Source: Massalongia carnosa (Eukaryota). Taken from it: 64,000 bases of DNA. The translations under genes and the position numbers were made by a program. Below are positions 57,150 to 64,000 of this stretch, piece by piece (within the stretch, counting starts at the first letter, position 1; every line of letters starts with the position of its first letter). The stretch is taken from the NCBI GenBank assembly GCA_965645245.1, contig OZ287084.1, positions 1,054,001 through 1,118,000 on the forward strand, read 5' to 3'. The notes under the pieces were generated by a model. The model had not been told where the DNA came from, did no database searches, and saw only the letters and a list, made by a program, of their open reading frames with translations.

Positions 57150-60100
57150 TTTTAATTTTTTTTTATTTAATCATTAAGTGTATTCAACCTAAGGTTATGA
57201 CACTAAACTATTTTAAGATATGTTTCTATATTAAAAATAAATCAACCCTTTATAACCCATCTATGTATCGTCAATTTTTCCCCATTTTTACTCCGTGTTA
57301 GTAACAACCTATAGTAATCGAAAAATATCGATTTTACAATTTATCTTTGTAAGTTCGTAACTGTTTTAGCATAAATCGTTTATGATTATACTGTTCGACC
57401 TCTCCCCAACCTCCAGTTTCGAAAATATCGTCATCAAGCTGACCTAGTATCCATTTTCTAGTCGCGATTTTGTTATTGACAATGAATTTAATCAAAATGT
57501 CATTTCCGATTTTTGTATTAAACAACATATTCAAGTTGATCGTAGTATCGATGGTTTGTTTCATGTTTTGAATTTCATCGAAATAGTGAATGCAATTCAA
57601 TAACAAGTGTTCTGGCGTTTGTCGTTGATTGCATCGATTTGAGCATTTTGACGAATTATAATCTTTCAATCGATGTAAATATGATCGAAAATAGCCGTGT
57701 CCGAATTTTAATTGCATAATAGTAGCAAATATCAATTTGGAACAGTTGTTTGATAAATAATAAAATCTCGATATGCCAGGTTTCATTTCGAATTTCTCGT
57801 AGTATTTGCCTTTTGATTTGCATCGTTGCCATTGATTCGTCCATGTGGTTAGCATATTTTGATTTATTTGATCTTTTACATAATCAAATGTTATAGCCGA
57901 GGACTCGACTAGGATTTGATTATGGCCCGTCTTTGCTATTTTGTCTGCAATTTCGTTTTCGGTAATATTCGAATGACTCGGAACCCATTGCAAAATCACC
58001 TGATAATTGCTTTCAAATAAGCGTTTTGCGAGCTTTCGAATTTGTCTTGCGAAAATATGATTTGTCAAGTTATGAATTTCGTTTATCGCGTTTATACTAT
58101 CAGAAAAAATCCAAATCGTTTTTTCCAAGTTCGATAAAATATTAGTATTAGACAATTTATAGACCCATTTCATTGCTTGTAAAATTGCATGCAGTTCAGC
58201 ATTTTTAATACTTGACTGTTTGCTTAATTTCCAGCTTTTCGAAATCGTATGATACTTGATAGACAATCTTTTTCGATAAATCGATCAAAATAATTGATAA
58301 TACTACTCCAATTCCTCATAATTGGCGCAAATGTGACTGCAGACGTTGCAAATTCGATTTTTGATCAATCCGTATAAAGTAAAACTCGGGATTTATCGGA
58401 GTTCATTGATTGAATTTTGGATAAGGTCGAATAATAACTTGATTTAGCAGATTCCTTTGTATTTTCGATTTGAAATTCGATTTTGCACGGCGATTTCCAA
58501 GGTTTAATAAAATGATTTGATTGTTCAAACTCATCAGTTTTGTGAACTATGTCGGAAACGGAATGAAGAACGCGAATGAGCTGACTAGGATGTCGTTTAT
58601 TTGTTTGTTTTTCGTCTTCGTTCCATTCGGCATATTTGTTGTTCCATAAACTAGTGTCAAAACCGATGTTTTCGAATTTTATCGAATATGTATTTGGAAT
58701 TCTTTGACAAATAGGGTTATTTTCGGCAATCTTCAATAATCGAATTGCGTATTTTTGATTTTTCATTAATAATCGAAGTTTAACTGGTAAAACATGTGAT
58801 TCAATTTCCATCGCCTGAATAGGTGTGGTTTTGAAAGTTCCTAAAATCTTTCGAATCATTCGATTTTGTAGGTTCTGAAATAGTTTTTCATATTTCTTTT
58901 GACCATTATATCAAATTTCTGAGCCATAGTCCGAAATAGGAATAATGCATGACAAATAGAGCTGTCTGCATGCGGTCGGTTTCAGACCCCATTCGGATTT
59001 CATCAAATTCTGAATTGCAAAAAACGATCGATTCGCAGAAGAAATTCGCGTTTCGACGTGTTTTTTGAAATTCAGTTTCCGGTCTAACCAGACGCCCAAC
59101 CATTTGACTACATTTTTCGGTTCTAGTACTGTCCCGTTTGGTAATTCCAATGTTTTCGATACATTTCTTGTCTTTTCGAAGTGAATCAGCTCGGATTTAT
59201 CGTCATCAAATTTGACATTATTCGATGCGGCCCAATCAAAAGCTGTTTTGACTATGATTTCGATTTCTTTGCAATTTTGTTTTGCAGTTTTATTTTCGAC
59301 ATATATTGCAACATCGTCAATAAAACTGGGAGAATGTGCATTAAATTTCATTCGTATTTTCGGAAACAAGTGACGAATGTAAATCAGAAATAGAATAGGC
59401 GAGATTGGTGAACCTTGTGGAATTCCTGATTCGACATAATATGTTTTGCTTTTGTTTTCATCGAATATCAAATTGATCGATCGTTTTGTCATGAAATGCT
59501 TGACCCATTGAATTATTATGCGAGATAATTTCAGCTTTTTCATGACATTTAGCAGTTGATTAATCGAGACAAAGTCAAATGCGCCTTTGACATCGAGTAA
59601 TAAACAGGATAAAACGCTTTTATTTCGATTCGCAATTTCGATATCATGAACGACGTTCATTACTGCGTCAATTGCAGAATGATTTTTGCGTCTGCCCATC
59701 TGTTCGATATCTAGTAAATTCGAATTTTCGCCGAAGTAGGCTAGTCGATTTGCAACGATTTTCTCAGCAATTTTACCAAGACAATTTAGTAATGTGATAA
59801 TTCGATATGATTTTGGTAGCGAATAGTCTGATTTATAAGGTTTTTTCAGAACTGCACCGAGTCCTGTCCGCCAGCATAACGGGTGATAACCGATTCGAAT
59901 GAATTTCGAATAAATCATGAAAAACACGTTTTTCAACGATTGAAACGATTTTTGAACAATTGTAAAATTGATTGCATCAGGTCCACATGCTTTCTACGGA
60001 TTAAATAAATTAATCGCATTTTGCAGCTCGTTTTCGGTAAAATCTGACCAATTATCATCATTTTCGCTGTCTTCATTTGGTAAATCTTCGACATTATCGT

Positions 60101-60782
60101 CTATAAATGTGTTTTTTGTGTACATTGCTGACACAAACGCATCGCATTTGTCATCAAACTGAACATTAAGCTTATTTTCATGTAGAATCGGCGGTATTTT
60201 TTCGAATATGCGCGGTTTAGTATATTTATACGCGGTAAACACGTCTTTATTCGCTGCATTTTCTAGAAAAGTCAACCAAGTTTGTTGTTTTGCTTTTCGA
60301 ATTGCATGAAAATACTCAATTCGACTATGTTTAAACGTCCGATGACTAAAATCGGACAGATAATTCTTCCATTCTCGACGATGCCTGCACATGATTTTTC
60401 GAAGTTCGGTTAAATCTTGCGACCACCAATTTTTCGATTTTGCACATATTTTTGTTTTCGGAATAAACATTTCAGCCGCGTTTTTGATAATTTTTTGCAA
60501 ATGTATCGCTGATTCGTCGAATTGATGATTATTCAATAAACTTTGAACTTTTGATTCGTAGTTGATTGAATTTTCGTCTAGAAACTTCGCGAATTTATTC
60601 CAATCGGCTTTATTACAATTTTATTTATTCGATAATGCGGTTGCATGTGACGTCAAATTCTTGAAAGATGCGATTAGTTCAAATCGGATAACTTCATGAT
60701 CTGAACCTGTGACTACGTTTTCATCGATTGCCCAGTTTGTAATTGCATTTTCGATTTTGGAATTTGCAAATGTTAAATCAAT
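57150..60782 (-). mobile_element. LINE A 5'-truncated copy (close to copy 4)
   Basis: ORF2 pieces 57334-60536. Shares the YTD* stop and the following frameshift with copy 4. Confidence 0.92.
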
Positions 60783-61935
60783 GTAGTATTATCAATAATT
60801 TCGATCGATTTATCGAAAAAGATTGTCTGATCAAGTATCATACGATTTCGAAAAGCTGGAAATTAAGCAAACAGTCAAGCATTAAAAATGCTGAACTGCA
60901 TGCAATTTTACAAGCAATGAAATGGGTCTATAAATTGTCTAATACTAATATTTTATCGAACTTGGAAAAAACGATTTGGATTTTTTCTGATAGTATAAAC
61001 GCGATAAACGAAATTCAGAACTTGAAAAATCATATTTTCGCAAGACAAATTCGAAAGCTCGCAAAACGCTTATTTGAAAGCAATTATCAGGTGATTTTGC
61101 AATGGGTTCCGAGTCATTCGAATATTACCGAAAACGAAATTGCAGACAAAATAGCAAAGACGGCCCATAATCAAATCCTAGTCGAGTCCTCGGCTATAAC
61201 ATTTGATTATGTAAAAGATCAAATAAATCAAAATATGCTAACCACATGGACGAATCAATGGCAACAATGCAAATCAAAAGGCAAATACTACGAGAAATTC
61301 GAAATGAAACCTGGCATATCGAGATTTTATTATTTATCAAACAACTGTTCCAAATTGATATTTGCCACTATTATGCAATTAAAATTCGGACACGGCTATT
61401 TTCGATCATATTTACATCGATTGAAAGATTATAATTCGTCAAAATGCTCAAATCGATGCAATCAACGACAAACGCCAGAACACTTGTTATTGAATTGCAT
61501 TCACTATTTCGATGAAATTCAAAACATGAAACAAACCATCGATACTACGATCAACTTGAATATGTTGTTTAATACAAAAATCGGAAATGACATTTTGATT
61601 AAATTCATTTTCAATAACAAAATCGCGACTAGAAAATGGATACTAGGTCAGCTTGATGACGATATTTTCGAAACTGGAGGTTGGGGAGAGATCGAACAGT
61701 AAAATCAGAAACGATTTATGCTGAAACAGTTATGAACTTACAAAGATAAATTGTAAAATCGATAATTTTCGATTACTATAGGTTGTTACTAACAAGGAGT
61801 AAAAATGGGGAAAAATTGACGATACATAGATGGGTTATAAAGGGTTGATTTATTTGTAATATAGAAACATATCCTAAAATAGTTTAGTGTCATAACCTTA
61901 GGTTGAATACTTTTAATGAATAAAAAAAAAAAAAT
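60783..61935 (+). mobile_element. LINE A 3' fragment
   Basis: RNase H to C-terminus ORF ending 61702, then 3'UTR and A tail. An unrelated short ORF2 scrap follows at 61936-62011. Confidence 0.92.
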
Positions 61936-62035
61936 AATGTTTATTCCGAAGACCAAAATATGTGCAAAATCAAAAAATTGGTGGTCGCAAGATTTAACTG
62001 AACTCCGAAAACATTTTACTATCACATTATTATAT

Positions 62036-62114
62036 ATCGGTCCTCCTCCTTCTACACCATCGGTCCTCCTCCTTCTACACCATCGGTCCTCCTCCTTCTA
62101 CACCATCGGTCCTC
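62036..62114 (+). repeat. 23-bp tandem repeat ATCGGTCCTCCTCCTTCTACACC, 3.4 copies
   Basis: Read directly. Confidence 0.95.
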
Positions 62115-62603
62115 ACCACGGAGACGCCAAAGGCCTCACCGTGGAGCGACCGACAAACATAGATTTGCTCCTATCTTTTCGCATCAAAACAATGCTAATT
62201 TAACGCGTTCACACGCGTCGCAGACGTACGTACGGAAGAGGATACGAAGGCCAACCGCCGGGGGGTAGAATGCGCGCGTCCCTGCACCATGCTTCTAAGG
62301 GTTCAAGTCCCTTCATGCAGTCATCAGCTGGAAGAAGATGTGGACCAAAGGAGCCGCATCATCCCCCACCCGGGCACAATCGACACGCGTTCTAGCTCCT
62401 GAGAGTTCAAGTCTCCCCATGCAGTCATCAGCTGGGATCAACAGAACGCGTAAAGGCACCGGGGCGAATGCTGTCACCTCAAGAAAACTCCATCTCGGAG
62501 CAGAATAACAATATCCCATTTAATAGGCCCGGCCTGTTAAATAAAATCGAGGAAAACAAAGAGTCACAAAACACATAGTCATCAATCACACGTTGTACAA
62601 AGC

Positions 62604-62719
62604 ACACAGTCACAAACATACAGTCACGAACACACAGTCAAAAAACACACAGTCACAAAACACACAGTCACAAAACACACAGTCACAAAACACACAGTCA
62701 CAAAAAACACAATCACAAA
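62604..62719 (+). repeat. 15-bp minisatellite (CACAGTCACAAAACA), about 7-8 copies
   Basis: Read directly. Confidence 0.9.
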
Positions 62720-63799
62720 TCAATAACACGTCCCTGTGAAGGGGGTTCTGCGGGGGCTCGTTAAGACAGATCTGCACCCCGTTAATATCGGCGTACATAT
62801 TTTTAGAGGTTCAAGTCCTTTCTAGCAGTCATCAGCTGAAAATGATGCATTTTGACACGGGCATGGTGTGGATTTGACACGGGTAGACCTCGATGGATCA
62901 CAAAACGAATGAAAAGAGTTCAGCGGAACTTCGTTGATATTGTTCTCGAAGACCTCGTTAATAAGATTTTCATAGACCTCGTTAACAACGTTCAGTCATA
63001 CTCTTAAAGGTTCAAGTCTTTTCATGCAGTCATCGGCTGAGAGCTAAAGACGTACGACACGGGTCAGCTATGTCTGTCACACGGGTCTCCTTCGTCTACA
63101 ACACGGAGCCCTCCGGCTGAAAGAAATAAAACATATAGACACATAGTGTAGGGTCACACCCTACACGATACAAGGGATTTGGGTTATGAAAACCATCCGA
63201 TTGATGGCTACCGTGAGCAACACGGCCCGAACCGTAGTCGTACCGGGGATGGTGGAGGCAACCTAGTCATCAAATAGGACACCCTTGGGACAAGAAGAGG
63301 GCAATATACGAGGAACCCGTTAATTGATAACAGTCTAGGCCCTGAGCTAATAGACGAATTTGAAACGAGCACCCCTCCGAGTTGTCCTCGACTCGTTTTG
63401 GTTAGTAGGGACGGAAAATCGATACTATACTGCCTGGTCAGGAGCATAGTGGTCGAAATCCCTGCGAGACATGGTAGGTTCATAAACGGGAGACCTTTAT
63501 GAATAACGCGAAGTGGGCGTAAAAAACCCGTGAGGCGTGGTATGCAATGGCGGCCACCGTACGGAGACCGTCTGCATAGCCCGAGAGGACAGTATGCGCA
63601 TGTCGGTGTATATAGAGCAGGGAATGTCTATCTCGCTCGTAACGAGACCCCGTCGGTTCGCCGGCGCATGGGCTACGGCTAGACTCGCCCTTGATATATG
63701 CTTAAGGAGTAAACTGGGTTTGACCTGGGCGAAAGGGACGTCGTTCACCCCAATCGTAGAATTCATCAATAATCTTGGGCCGTAAAACGCACCAGTGAG

Positions 63800-64000
63800 A
63801 TGAACGAAAACTTGGATAAAGACTTCACGAAGGAGAGAGATGTCAACTCTATTTTATCATTCTTAGCCCCGTCCACACCGACACCAAAGGCAACGAAATT
63901 CCCATCGGGTCCATTTTCCACTATCTTGCCGATGCCTTCATTGAACTTAAATATTGGATCAAGCCCACCAATCAAACGAAATAAAAGACGCACATTTGAC
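63800..64000 (+). mobile_element. LINE A-related ORF1 fragment running off the window
   Basis: APSTPTPKATKFPSGPFSTILPMPSLNLNIGSSPPIKRNKRRTFD matches the ORF1 N-terminal block. Confidence 0.85.

Noticed and set aside
62301..63040. CRISPR-like repeat-spacer pattern
   Set aside because: Degenerate repeats, spacers of about 70-370 bp, eukaryotic context and no cas genes.
63147..63770. Possible LTR starting with the TGTAGGG/CCCTACA inverted repeat
   Set aside because: No second terminus, TSD or partner LTR found in the window; left unclassified.
901..63993. Numerous antisense or alternate-frame ORFs (e.g. 901-1377, 3173-3721, 14772-15284, and the repeated IKCIQPKVMTLNYF peptides)
   Set aside because: They are shadows of TE genes, of the LINE 3'UTR or of tandem repeats. 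Recurrence reflects copy number, not selection.

Overview
The whole 64 kb is eukaryotic, most likely ascomycete fungal, transposable-element sequence. I found no host gene, rRNA, tRNA or CRISPR array. Positions 1-24.8 kb are a nested stack. It contains two tyrosine-recombinase retrotransposons (Ngaro/DIRS type), a Crypton, two intron-containing piggyBac-like elements, a Ty3/gypsy chromovirus, a TRIM, several solo LTRs, a MITE and a SINE, many with clear target-site duplications (TSDs). Positions 24.8-64 kb are about 12 copies or fragments of one Tad1/I-like LINE family inserted into each other, one with both ORFs open (42458-49230), plus a second LINE family. The most notable signals are: (1) a non-tRNA SINE whose first nucleotide is G1 of a complete HDV-like ribozyme fold and whose tail carries the LINE 3' stem-loop with compensatory changes; (2) a TGA-CTA readthrough context at the gag-pol junction of both Ngaro families; (3) covarying hairpins, one sarcin-ricin-like, in the LINE leader; (4) a piggyBac-like element with an AT rather than TTAA duplication. 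All family assignments and RNA folds were made by eye, with no database search or folding program.
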